A stretch of 64,000 nt of DNA from Bacillota bacterium. GTDB taxonomy: Bacteria > Bacillota > Dehalobacteriia > UBA4068. The notes under the pieces were generated by a model that saw only the letters and a list, made by a program, of their open reading frames with translations, had not been told where the DNA came from and ran no database searches. The position numbers and the translations under genes are program-made. Location of the stretch: NCBI GenBank assembly GCA_031553915.1, contig JAVBKT010000002.1, forward strand, positions 148,109-212,108. The letters are read 5' to 3'. Positions 9,104 through 18,309 of the stretch are shown one piece after another (position 1 is the stretch's first letter; each line of letters starts with the position of its first letter).

Positions 9104-11242
9104 TTATGCTTTATTTGCTGTTTTTATCATACCACTGCTATTAGTATTCCGTCTAGCCATTAAATAAACAATTAGAGCCACCAGGATTATCGCTGCCACA
9201 GTGCCGATGCCGAAAGCGCCGCCAGTGAACAAAGAACCAATCTGGAAGATAATCAAGGCAATTACATAGGCGAAAACGGTTTGATAGCCAACCGCGAACC
9301 AGGTCCATTTGGCGCTGTTCATCTCACGTCTGGTAGCGCCGATAGCGGCAAAGCATGGGGCGCACAGCAGGTTGAAGACAAGGAAGGCAAAGGCAGCCAT
9401 TCCGGAAAAATCAGCGGCCATCATGCTCCAAAATTCCATGCCGTCTTCAGCAACTTCAGCAAAGCCATAGAGAATACCCATGGTAGCAACAACGGTCTCT
9501 TTGGCAATCAGCCCGGTGAAAGTGGCCACTGTGGCCTGCCAGGTGCCAAAGCCAAGCGGTACGAAAATAAAGGCAATCGCTGTACCAATTACCGCCAGCA
9601 AACCATCGTTAATATCTTCCACCATCATAAACTGGCCGTCAACAAAGCCAAAGCTCATCAGGAACCAGATCAGAATAGAAGAAAGCAAAATGATGGTACC
9701 GGCGCGTTTGATGAAAGACCAGCCGCGTTCCCACATGCTGAGCAGCACTCTGCTGACCCGGGGCATATGATAGGCAGGCAGCTCCATGACAAAAGGAGCA
9801 GGCTCACCCTTGAACATCTTGGTTTTTTTCAAGATAATACCGGAAACGATAATCGCAGCGATGCCGATGAAATAGGCGCTTGTCGCTACCCACCAGGAAC
9901 CATCGAACAGGGCGCCGGCAATCAAAGCAATAATCGGCAGCTTGGCGCCGCAAGGCATGAAAATAGTCGTAATAACAGTCATGCGGCGGTCGCGCTCGTT
10001 TTCAATAGTACGGGTAGCCATAATGCCGGGAACAGCACAACCGGTAGAAATTAACATCGGGATAAAGGATTTGCCGGAAAGACCAAAGCGGCGGAAAATG
10101 CGGTCCATGATAAAGGCCACGCGCGCCATATAACCGCAGCCCTCCAGGAAGGCCAGGAAGATGAACAAAATCAACATCTGCGGCACAAAACCAAGCACAG
10201 CGCCGACGCCGGCGATAATACCGTCGACAACCAGCCCGGATAACCACGGCGCAGCATTGACGCTTTCCAGCCAGCCGCTAACCGCGGGAGGGATAATCTC
10301 GCCAAACAGGACATCATTGGTCCAACCGGTCACCCAATCACCCACGGTGGTGATGGAAACATAATAAACAAGAGCCATCACTGCGGCAAAAATCGGCAGA
10401 GCCAACCAACGGTTGGTGACAATGCGGTCAATTTTATCCGAGCGGCTCATCAGATCTTTACTCTTTTTTTGATAACTGTCTTTTATAATAGAAGTAATAT
10501 ATGTATAGCGTTCATTGGTAATGATGCTCTCGGCATCATCATCCATTTCTTGTTCAACTTTGGCAATTATGGCCTCATTTGCATTATTGAGCGGCATCTG
10601 GGCAATAATTTTTTCATCACGCTCAAAAAGCTTAACCGCATAGAATCTTTTGAAATTATCAGCCACTGATGCAGGAAGACTGCTTTCTAGCTCAGCCAGA
10701 GCAGCTTCTACACTTGGACCAAATTTATGCTGCGGGGCTTTGCCTGTTGTTGCAGCCAAGGCAATGGCAGCGTCAGCTGCGGCAGCAATGCCGGTGCCTT
10801 TTAAGGCGGAAATCTCCACCACCTGACAGCCAAGAGCATCAGACAGCTTATGGGTATCAATGCTATCCCCTGCTTTGTGTACTATGTCCATCATATTGAC
10901 TGCAACCAGTACCGGGATGCCCAGCTCCAATAATTGCGTAGTTAAGTAGAGGTTTCTCTCCAAATTACTGCCGTCAACAATATTGACAATCACATCCGGG
11001 TTTTCGGTCAATAAATAATTTCTGCTGACAACTTCTTCCAATGTATATGGAGACAGCGAATAAATACCGGGAAGGTCGATCAGTCTTGCGTCTTTATGAC
11101 CTTTGATTTTACCCTCTTTTTTTTCAACGGTAACGCCGGGCCAGTTGCCTACATACTGGTTGGCGCCGGTCAAAGCATTAAAAAGTGTAGTTTTACCACT
11201 ATTCGGATTGCCCGCTAAGGCAATATTAATTGACATTGTCAT
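9104..11242 (-). CDS. feoB: Ferrous iron transport protein B
   Basis: 712 aa protein. N-terminal G-domain (IALAGNPNSGKTTLFNALTG) followed by polytopic permease domains. Confidence 0.95.
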   Translation of the reverse strand: MTMSINIALAGNPNSGKTTLFNALTGANQYVGNWPGVTVEKKEGKIKGHKDARLIDLPGIYSLSPYTLEEVVSRNYLLTENPDVIVNIVDGSNLERNLYLTTQLLELGIPVLVAVNMMDIVHKAGDSIDTHKLSDALGCQVVEISALKGTGIAAAADAAIALAATTGKAPQHKFGPSVEAALAELESSLPASVADNFKRFYAVKLFERDEKIIAQMPLNNANEAIIAKVEQEMDDDAESIITNERYTYITSIIKDSYQKKSKDLMSRSDKIDRIVTNRWLALPIFAAVMALVYYVSITTVGDWVTGWTNDVLFGEIIPPAVSGWLESVNAAPWLSGLVVDGIIAGVGAVLGFVPQMLILFIFLAFLEGCGYMARVAFIMDRIFRRFGLSGKSFIPMLISTGCAVPGIMATRTIENERDRRMTVITTIFMPCGAKLPIIALIAGALFDGSWWVATSAYFIGIAAIIVSGIILKKTKMFKGEPAPFVMELPAYHMPRVSRVLLSMWERGWSFIKRAGTIILLSSILIWFLMSFGFVDGQFMMVEDINDGLLAVIGTAIAFIFVPLGFGTWQATVATFTGLIAKETVVATMGILYGFAEVAEDGMEFWSMMAADFSGMAAFAFLVFNLLCAPCFAAIGATRREMNSAKWTWFAVGYQTVFAYVIALIIFQIGSLFTGGAFGIGTVAAIILVALIVYLMARRNTNSSGMIKTANKA

Positions 11243-11323
11243 ATCCTCCTCATTAGTTAGAAAGAACTAACTATCTTTCAAAAAAATATATGGCTTGCGC
11301 CAAAAATGTTTTGATATTATGTA

Positions 11324-11545
11324 TCAACTGATCTCAATCATCTCAGCGTCGGCTTTGCGCAAGGATAACTCATAACCCCTGACATTAATCTCAACCGGGT
11401 CGCCAAGAGGCGCTACCTTGCGTACAAATATCTGCACGCCTTTAGTGATACCCATATCCATAATACGGCGCTTAATGGCACCCTCACCATGGAGCTTCAC
11501 TACGGTTACTGTTGAGCCAACAGCAACATCCTTTAATGTTTGCAT
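11324..11545 (-). CDS. feoA: Ferrous iron transport protein A
   Basis: 73 aa FeoA/SH3-like protein (LKDVAVGSTVTVVKL...RRIMDMGITKG...GDPVEINVRGYELSLRK). Confidence 0.85.
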   Translation of the reverse strand: MQTLKDVAVGSTVTVVKLHGEGAIKRRIMDMGITKGVQIFVRKVAPLGDPVEINVRGYELSLRKADAEMIEIS

Positions 11546-11560
11546 GACTTCTTTGCTCCT

Positions 11561-11770
11561 TTAAACCATAATTTTATTGGCCATCTCTTGGCTAATCGCT
11601 ATCCTGGAATCTTTAACATTGACAATAACATTGCCGCAGCTTTTGGAAACCAAAGTAACATCACTTCCGACCACAAAACCAAGTGATGTCAAAAAATGGC
11701 GAATATCATCTTTGCCGCCAACTTTTTTTATTGATTTTTTTTCTCCGGTTTGTGCCATTGGCAAAGGCAT
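11561..11770 (-). CDS. feoA: Ferrous iron transport protein A (second FeoA paralog), 69 aa
   Basis: FeoA-like (GEKKSIKKVGGKDDIRHFLTSLGFVVGSDVTLVSK...GNVIVNVKDSRIAI). Start moved to the ATG preceded by AGGAGTGATAAT. The track ORF runs upstream from a TTG with no RBS. Confidence 0.7.
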   Translation of the reverse strand: MPLPMAQTGEKKSIKKVGGKDDIRHFLTSLGFVVGSDVTLVSKSCGNVIVNVKDSRIAISQEMANKIMV

Positions 11771-11812
11771 ATTATCACTCCTATTCGCTCTGGATAACTG
11801 CACATTCCAAAA

Positions 11813-11900
11813 GTTAGCCTTTTCTAACCAAATATATGTTAGCATAAGCTAACTTTTTTGTCAAGAGCTTTTTGCAATTTTCATTTTGTATGTTATAATT
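11813..11900. promoter_or_regulatory. Divergent promoter region carrying two GTTAG(C)...(G)CTAAC palindromes, likely metalloregulator operators
   Basis: Perfect 16 bp palindrome GTTAGCATAAGCTAAC at 11838-11853 fills the 17 bp spacer of a minus-strand promoter (TTGACA-17-TAACAT) reading into feoA. A second inverted repeat GTTAG-N6-CTAAC lies at 11814-11829. The plus-strand promoter TTGCAA(11873-11878)-16-TATAAT(11895-11900) reads into the DtxR-family gene. Confidence 0.45.
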
Positions 11901-11934
11901 TATAAAATAGTTATTTTCTGACAAAGGAGCATTG

Positions 11935-12312
11935 ATGGTTATGGAAATATATAAATCTGCAGAAGACTACCTAGAGACTATTTTAGACCTCACCAAACGC
12001 AATGGTTCTGTACGCTCAATTGATATTGCCAATGAGCGTGGTTTTTCTAAACCAAGCGTTAGCGTAGCAATGAAAAACCTGCGCCAAAACGGCTATATCT
12101 CAGTTGACGCAGATGGCTTAATCACTCTTGAGCCACAGGGCTTAGCCATTGCCAAAAAGATCTACGAACGGCATGTCGTCCTCAGAAATTGGCTCATTTC
12201 TCTGGGGGTTGACGCTAAGGTTGCGGCCGAGGACGCCTGCCTGATTGAGCATGATCTTAGTGCGGAAAGCTTTGAAGCTATCCGCGATTTTGTGACAAAA
12301 AACCCTAGCTGA
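11935..12312 (+). CDS. DtxR/MntR family metal-dependent transcriptional regulator
   Basis: About 125 aa. Winged HTH (DYLETILDLTKRNGSVRSIDIANERGFSKPSVSVAMKNL) and metal-binding/dimerisation region. RBS AAAGGAG lies 5 nt upstream of ATG 11935. The track start is TTG at 11932. Confidence 0.85.
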   Translation: MVMEIYKSAEDYLETILDLTKRNGSVRSIDIANERGFSKPSVSVAMKNLRQNGYISVDADGLITLEPQGLAIAKKIYERHVVLRNWLISLGVDAKVAAEDACLIEHDLSAESFEAIRDFVTKNPS

Positions 12313-12347
12313 TATACAATACTTTTTATTTTTGGGGGATATTTATT

Positions 12348-13307
12348 ATGCAAAAAGTCTTGTTATGCATTGTGCTGCTACTGCTCGTCCTTAGCCTCTG
12401 CCTTGCCGCTTGCAGCGATAACAATGAAAACGCCATCACCCGCCTTACCATAGCCACCGGGTCTCCTTCCGGCGTTTATTATCCTTATGCCGGCGCCATG
12501 CAAAAAGTTATTGAAGCAAACCATGATAATATTAAAATTGTTATTAATGCCACCGGCGCCTCCGCTGAAAACATCCACCTGATTGCAGCAGGCCATGCTC
12601 AGCTGGCTATTGTACAAAACGATGTTATGGACTATGCCTATCATGCTACCAATACCTGGACCGAAGAAGCAGTCACCGGTTTCATGACCTTGATGACCCT
12701 ATACCCGGAATCCTGCCAGCTGATTGTGCCGGCTGATTCTGATATTTATTCAGTAGAAGACCTGGAAGGCAAACGTGTCTCTACCGGCGCTATTGGCTCT
12801 GGGGTGGAGGCCAATGCTACACAAATCCTGGAGGCGTATGGCTTAAGCGTTTCTGATATCACACAACGCAACCTTAGCTTTAGCGCCTCTGCGGAAGCAA
12901 TGAAGGACCGCACCCTTGATGCAGCCTTTATTACCTCAAGCACGCCCAATACCGCTATTACTGATTTGCAAACTGTCCGCGGCTTAAGATTTATCAGCCT
13001 CGATGATGATAAAATTGACGCTTTGATCGCAGCCTATCCTTTTTATACCAAAGTTACTCTGACTGACGCGGATTATAGCTTCATCAGCGAGCCGGCCAAT
13101 ACCGTGGCAGTACGGGCAACCTTGATTTGCACTCCGTCGCTTTCTGACGATGTTGCCTACAATATCGTCAAGACTATCATCGAGAATAAAGATACCATTG
13201 CTCATGCCAACGCCGCGTTTATAAATATTAACGACGCTGTTCAAGGCACGAGTATTGATTTTCATCCCGGCGCGCTTAAATATTTCCAGGAGCAGGGTGT
13301 TCTATAG
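12348..13307 (+). CDS. TAXI-family TRAP-transporter solute-binding lipoprotein
   Basis: Signal peptide with lipobox LAAC. Matches the TAXI family (LTIATGSPSGVYYPYAGAM..., ATGASAENIHLIAAGHAQLAIVQNDV, EGKRVSTGAIGSGVEANATQILEAYGL). Confidence 0.8.
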   Translation: MQKVLLCIVLLLLVLSLCLAACSDNNENAITRLTIATGSPSGVYYPYAGAMQKVIEANHDNIKIVINATGASAENIHLIAAGHAQLAIVQNDVMDYAYHATNTWTEEAVTGFMTLMTLYPESCQLIVPADSDIYSVEDLEGKRVSTGAIGSGVEANATQILEAYGLSVSDITQRNLSFSASAEAMKDRTLDAAFITSSTPNTAITDLQTVRGLRFISLDDDKIDALIAAYPFYTKVTLTDADYSFISEPANTVAVRATLICTPSLSDDVAYNIVKTIIENKDTIAHANAAFININDAVQGTSIDFHPGALKYFQEQGVL

Positions 13308-13316
13308 TTTAGGCAG

Positions 13317-13868
13317 ATGACTACAGCTATCAATAACAGCAAAACAAAAAAATACAACCACAAGCGGATTACAGTTATGGTACTCTGCCTTGTGGTTGTA
13401 TTTTTGTTTAGCCTTATTCTTCTCATCAAAGATCAATATTTGCTGATCACGGATAGTGATAGTGGCAAAATCCTTTTTTGCGAAAAAGCAGCGGATGAAG
13501 AAACCTTCAGCATTGCTTTTGTGCATTCTGTGAATAAAAGCTTGGTGGAAGACGTTTATCTCATCCGGGATGGCTCGATTATGCTCAGCTCGTCCTTTTT
13601 TACCGCCTTTGGCGCGGGCATGCCCACTGCTGCGGGAGCAGATCAAACCTTTTGCACAGATGACGGGATGATGCATATTTCCGGCTATGATTGGCCGCTG
13701 GAAGACTTGCGCTATAGTGTAGGGCGCAACGCAAACCATACTCTAAAGCTGCGAGATCAAACCATTCCCCTGAATACTCTGGCTGAACCAGGCACATCCG
13801 TTAGCTTCAGCCTACGCGAATATCCATCGCTTTTTTCGCTTTTGCATTTGCGACCACATAGAATATAA
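13317..13868 (+). CDS. DUF1850-like membrane-anchored protein of the kind usually found beside TAXI TRAP systems
   Basis: 183 aa. N-terminal TM helix, then a soluble domain. Starts 10 nt after the TAXI gene stop. The DUF1850 assignment comes from recall of family features, not a search. Confidence 0.55.
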   Translation: MTTAINNSKTKKYNHKRITVMVLCLVVVFLFSLILLIKDQYLLITDSDSGKILFCEKAADEETFSIAFVHSVNKSLVEDVYLIRDGSIMLSSSFFTAFGAGMPTAAGADQTFCTDDGMMHISGYDWPLEDLRYSVGRNANHTLKLRDQTIPLNTLAEPGTSVSFSLREYPSLFSLLHLRPHRI

Positions 13869-13886
13869 ATTCCCAAAATGGTTTGC

Positions 13887-14432
13887 CTAGGATTCTTTAT
13901 TCGACATCAAGGTAATACCGACAGTCATATTGCTGATACCGATGATGACAAGGTACAGGGCAGCGATGGTTCCGGCGCTTAGGTAGGATATCATCGGGTT
14001 GAAGATCAGCATTATACCTAAGAAGAGACCCAGGATATTGACAATCAGTGACAACCAGTAAGCGGCAGTGCCGGAAATCATACGCGTGAGGCTGAGATTG
14101 GCAAGGCCGGAGATACATCTTGACAAGAACCAGATAGGAAAGAGGATAGTGACCACTAGCGTCCCTGCTGCGATATTGCACACTAGCAGAATACCGGCGA
14201 TGATGCTCAGAATACCGGCAATTATAGACAGGGCCGGCCCCATGCCTGTTCGTTTTTCTATCCGCGCATAGAAGACGATTTCCACAATACCGCTAAGGAT
14301 GGCGATGATTCCGAATGCGACCACCAGCGTTTCCAGGGCAGCCGACGGCCTCGCCACGCCATAGACACCAAATACGATCATGAGAATACCTAAAATCAGT
14401 ACGATTACGCCAACAACTTTTTTGTTTTTCAT
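13887..14432 (-). CDS. HdeD-family (DUF308) membrane protein
   Basis: 181 aa with six TM helices in repeated GIIAILSGIVEI / SIIAGILSIIAGILL units typical of DUF308/HdeD. Confidence 0.6.
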   Translation of the reverse strand: MKNKKVVGVIVLILGILMIVFGVYGVARPSAALETLVVAFGIIAILSGIVEIVFYARIEKRTGMGPALSIIAGILSIIAGILLVCNIAAGTLVVTILFPIWFLSRCISGLANLSLTRMISGTAAYWLSLIVNILGLFLGIMLIFNPMISYLSAGTIAALYLVIIGISNMTVGITLMSNKES

Positions 14433-14468
14433 TTTTATGCTCCTCTCAATTTTAAGTTTGTTTCTGCA

Positions 14469-16478
14469 CTATTGCTTCAGCAGTTCCATAAACTCCTCAC
14501 CGGTGATATTCTCTTTTTCCAGCAGATAAGCTGATATTTTTTCCAGAGCGTTCTCGTTTTTCTGCAACAGGTCAATGGCGTTCTGCTGGCATTCGGCCAG
14601 AATTTTTCGCACCTCCTCATCAATAGCCGCTCCAGTCTGCTCAGAACAATTCGACACATTCCGTCCATCCAGATATTGGTTTTGCGTACTCTCCAGCCCC
14701 ATCGGGCCAAAAGTATCGCTCATGCCGTACTGGGCCACCATGCCCCGGGCCAGCTTTGTCGCGCGCTCAATGTCATTGGAGGCGCCGGTGGTGACCTCGC
14801 CAAACTTGAGGATTTCCGCCGCGCGGCCGCCAAGCAAGGTGCTGATCTGCGCCAGGATTTCGCTTTTGGTCATCAGGTAGCGTTCTTCTTCCGGCATATT
14901 CATCGTATAGCCGAGACTACCCATGGTGCGCGGCACAATCGTAATTTTCTGCACAGGCTGGCTATTGGTCTGCAAGGCGCTGACCAGAGCATGTCCCACC
15001 TCATGATAAGCCACCATATTGCGTTCCTTGGGATTCATCACCCGGTCTTTCTTTTCTTTACCGGCGATCACAACCTCCACCGCTTCCATGAGGTCCTTTT
15101 GCTGCACTTCATTGCGGTTGTCCTTGACTGCCAGCAGCGCCGCCTCGTTTATCATATTGGCGAGATCAGCGCCAGTGGCGCCGCTGGTCGCGAGAGCAAT
15201 ATCGTGCAGTTTCACGTCCTCACCCAGCTTCACCTTGGCGCCGTGTACCTGTAGGATGGCTTCCCTGCCAGGCAGGTCTGGTTTTTCCACGATAATGCGG
15301 CGGTCAAAACGTCCGGGACGCAGGAGAGCCTTATCCAGTACCTCCGGGCGGTTGGTGGCAGCCAGTACAATGATGCCTGTACCGCTGCCAAAGCCGTCCA
15401 TCTCACCTAAAAGCTGATTGAGCGTCTGCTCCCGTTCGTCATTTGAGCTGAGTTGATTATCCCTGCTCTTGCCGATGGCGTCGATTTCATCAATGAAGAT
15501 GATACAGGGAGCATTTTTCTTCGCCTGCTCGAACAAATCCCGCACACGGGAAGCGCCGACGCCGACAAACATCTCCACAAACTCGCTGCCGGAAATAGAA
15601 TAAAACGGAACTCCTGCCTCCCCGGCAAAAGCCTTGGCCAGCAGTGTTTTACCTGTTCCCGGAGGGCCGACGAGCAAAGCGCCCTTGGGCTGTTTCGCTC
15701 CGATTTCCTGGTACCGCTCAGGATTGTGCAGGAAATCCACCATTTCCATCAGGCTTTCCTTGGCCTCATCCTGTCCGGCAACATCAGTAAATCTTACGCC
15801 GGTGTTTTTTTCCAGGTTATACTCTTTGGCCTTGCTCTTGCCTGCGCCGAAAATACTGCCCATGCCCCCGCCTGCGCCAGCGCCGCCTTCGCCCATTTTG
15901 TTCATGGCCCGGCGAATGAAAAAAGTGTAGATCAGATACATCAAAAGTATCGGGAGTATCCACAGCAAAATGAAATTCATCAGTGGCGAGGAATTGGTGC
16001 TGCTATAAACCTTGTAGAAAGCCACCCCATTTTCGTCCAGCCTCGCTACCAGGTCAGGGTCTTCTACGCGCACAGCGATGTAATTGTCTTCTGCCTTGGG
16101 CTCCGGCTGCAACTCTTCGTCCCGTCCCTCGGGATAGAGTATCGTTTCCACTTCCGCCATATCCGCATCCTTGGACAATGCAAACTGAAGCTGGTCGTCG
16201 CTGAGCTCCACCTGACTTACGTTGCCGCTATCCACCAGGTGCATAAACTGACTGTACTCAACCTGCACGGCAGAATCCGATGCCCTGTTTAAAATAAAAA
16301 TATTAAACAAACAGGTGATCAAGAACATCACCATCATAATGTTAAAAATATTGGAGCCGCGCGGAGTTTTTTGCCCCTGTGAATCTGCATCTCCGGACGG
16401 CTGCCCTGATGCACCTTTGTCAGTGTTCGGGTTCATCTGCTGTGGCTGGTTGTCCTTTTTTTCTTTATTGTTTTCCAT
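14469..16478 (-). CDS. ftsH: ATP-dependent zinc metalloprotease FtsH
   Basis: 669 aa. AAA+ Walker A ([19 protein letters not shown]), second region of homology, HEVGHAL zinc motif, and an N-terminal TM anchor. Confidence 0.95.
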   Translation of the reverse strand: MENNKEKKDNQPQQMNPNTDKGASGQPSGDADSQGQKTPRGSNIFNIMMVMFLITCLFNIFILNRASDSAVQVEYSQFMHLVDSGNVSQVELSDDQLQFALSKDADMAEVETILYPEGRDEELQPEPKAEDNYIAVRVEDPDLVARLDENGVAFYKVYSSTNSSPLMNFILLWILPILLMYLIYTFFIRRAMNKMGEGGAGAGGGMGSIFGAGKSKAKEYNLEKNTGVRFTDVAGQDEAKESLMEMVDFLHNPERYQEIGAKQPKGALLVGPPGTGKTLLAKAFAGEAGVPFYSISGSEFVEMFVGVGASRVRDLFEQAKKNAPCIIFIDEIDAIGKSRDNQLSSNDEREQTLNQLLGEMDGFGSGTGIIVLAATNRPEVLDKALLRPGRFDRRIIVEKPDLPGREAILQVHGAKVKLGEDVKLHDIALATSGATGADLANMINEAALLAVKDNRNEVQQKDLMEAVEVVIAGKEKKDRVMNPKERNMVAYHEVGHALVSALQTNSQPVQKITIVPRTMGSLGYTMNMPEEERYLMTKSEILAQISTLLGGRAAEILKFGEVTTGASNDIERATKLARGMVAQYGMSDTFGPMGLESTQNQYLDGRNVSNCSEQTGAAIDEEVRKILAECQQNAIDLLQKNENALEKISAYLLEKENITGEEFMELLKQ

Positions 16479-16788
16479 TCTTCTTGTCCTCCTTTATATT
16501 TTCCCCATCCAGCGGCTGGCCGCAGTGTTTGCAATAGCTGCTGTCGGATGCATTATGCGCCATACATTGCGGGCATTCGATTTCGCTGTTCACAACTGCC
16601 AGCGCCTTTTTGATTTTGATGATTTGATCCACCAGATTGTTGATTGCCCGCTGTTCACTGTCGGCTATTTCCAAAAGCTCTTTGCCCATCCGGCAATATC
16701 GCTCCTGTAAGTCGACTTCCAAGCGCGTGAGCGTTTCTTCAATCCGGGATGTCTCTTCGCTCCTGAGCTCTTCGTTTGAGGGATCCAT
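16465..16788 (-). CDS. Coiled-coil protein with a C-terminal C4 zinc ribbon. It is translationally coupled to ftsH by a 14 bp overlap.
   Basis: 107 aa. Acidic coiled-coil N-terminus, then CPQC...(13 aa)...CKHC. Its stop overlaps the ftsH start codon region. Confidence 0.5.
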   Translation of the reverse strand: MDPSNEELRSEETSRIEETLTRLEVDLQERYCRMGKELLEIADSEQRAINNLVDQIIKIKKALAVVNSEIECPQCMAHNASDSSYCKHCGQPLDGENIKEDKKNGKQ

Positions 16789-17008
16789 TTGGCTATCACC
16801 TGCCTGTTTTATTTCTGTGTCTTTATCTTAGGACAAGACAGTAATGAAAACCACCTGCAAAAAAGGCAAAGTGTCAGTTAGCGGACACAAAAAAAAATAT
16901 GTCCGTTAAAACCACTAAAATCATTGGTTATTGAACAGACATCACAAGAATGATACAATATATTTTATATAGTGTGCGTTTTCTACACAAAACGGGAGGA
17001 ATGATTAG

Positions 17009-17572
17009 ATGGCTGAAATAAAGCAGGATTTACGCGTCAAAAAAACACAGCAGGCATTGGTCACTTCCCTGATCACGCTGCTCAAGAGCCAGCCTTTCCC
17101 CAAGATCACCGTGAATGACATTTGTACTGAGGCCATGATAAGCCGCAGCGCTTTCTATGCCAATTTTGAGGATAAATACGCGCTGCTGCGTTTTTCCATG
17201 GTCATTTTTAAGCAGCGCCTGGTTGAGCAATCAGAGGGGCTGCCTTTTCGGGAGCGCATCCGTAGCGTGTTGGAAAATATGCAAAGAGATGCTAAAATAC
17301 TCAGAAACGTCCTCCTCACAGAACTGGATATGGAACTGATGAAAATGGTTTCCGATTCCTTTCTGGGGGATATGCAGCGCCTGTTTGAGCTCCGTGCCGA
17401 AGATTTGCCGCCGCTGCCCGGTCCTTTTGAGATTGTTTCTATTTATTTTTCCTCAGCCATTACCAACGCCATTATGTTTTGGATATTGAATAGCTCCATC
17501 TGTTCGCTGGATGAGATGGTAGATTGTCTGATAAAGCTGCTGCCATCTGAGTTGTTTGACCAGTATGTGTAA
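17009..17572 (+). CDS. TetR/AcrR family transcriptional regulator
   Basis: 187 aa. N-terminal TetR HTH (KITVNDICTEAMISRSAFYANFEDKYALL). Confidence 0.85.
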   Translation: MAEIKQDLRVKKTQQALVTSLITLLKSQPFPKITVNDICTEAMISRSAFYANFEDKYALLRFSMVIFKQRLVEQSEGLPFRERIRSVLENMQRDAKILRNVLLTELDMELMKMVSDSFLGDMQRLFELRAEDLPPLPGPFEIVSIYFSSAITNAIMFWILNSSICSLDEMVDCLIKLLPSELFDQYV

Positions 17573-17604
17573 TTAATTATATTCATACTGAAAACGTCTA
17601 CAAA

Positions 17605-17657
17605 ACAAAAAGCAAGTTCAAAACATCAAACTCGATGTTTTGAACTTGCTTTTTTTG
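17605..17657. terminator. Long bidirectional rho-independent terminator
   Basis: About 19 bp stem AGCAAGTTCAAAACATC / GATGTTTTGAACTTGCT followed by TTTTTTT, with an A-rich 5' flank. Confidence 0.6.
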
Positions 17658-17728
17658 TCCAAAGGAATAGCTGCACTGTAAACCATGTCCTAAAAGATGC
17701 CCCCTATTTAATCCGCATTTTCTGCCCA

Positions 17729-18223
17729 TCAGTCTTTTTTGGCGGCGGCCTTTTTCTTCTGATAAACCATCTCGGCAATACCATAATAAATAGGAATAGT
17801 AAGAAAAATCAACCAGGCAAACCCCCAACCAATATCGGTAAAAATAAAGATAAAAAACAATATAGTCGCAACAACAGGATAAGGAAACAAAAACATACCG
17901 CCCTTGCGTTTTCTTTCATACCTTCGATCAATTGGTATGCACTCTGACGCATAGTCATCAGCGGTATTCTTAGTCTCTTCCCGTTTTGTCTCTTCCCTTT
18001 TTGTCTCCTCCTTTTCTTCTGTTGATATCAAGAGAAGTTCATCCAAAGAAATTTGGTATAACTCAGCAAGGGCAATCAGATTATCCGTATCCGGAGAGGA
18101 TTCCGCCCGCTCCCATTTTGAAACAGCTTGACGGCTGATGCCTAATCTTTCTGCCAGCTCTTCTTGAGAAAGCCCTCTTTCTTTGCGCAGGTTGACTAAT
18201 TTATTGGCAATTTCAATGTTCAT
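17729..18223 (-). CDS. XRE-family HTH regulator with a C-terminal membrane anchor
   Basis: N-terminal HTH_XRE (LRKERGLSQEELAERLGISRQAVSKWERAES), a linker with tandem EETKREETKREETK, and a C-terminal two-TM-helix segment. Confidence 0.75.
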   Translation of the reverse strand: MNIEIANKLVNLRKERGLSQEELAERLGISRQAVSKWERAESSPDTDNLIALAELYQISLDELLLISTEEKEETKREETKREETKNTADDYASECIPIDRRYERKRKGGMFLFPYPVVATILFFIFIFTDIGWGFAWLIFLTIPIYYGIAEMVYQKKKAAAKKD

Positions 18224-18309
18224 TTTATCAGGCTCCTAACGATTTGATAGAACCATTATAACTGTAGCGCTGCGGTTGCATCTAGCAAATCTGCTTTGTA
18301 AATGTGCAA

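Noticed and set aside
9281-10054. 257 aa ORF on the plus strand, antisense to feoB
   Set aside because: Low-complexity Gly/Asn/His-rich translation lying entirely inside the well-supported feoB CDS on the opposite strand. It has no RBS and reads as a spurious antisense ORF.
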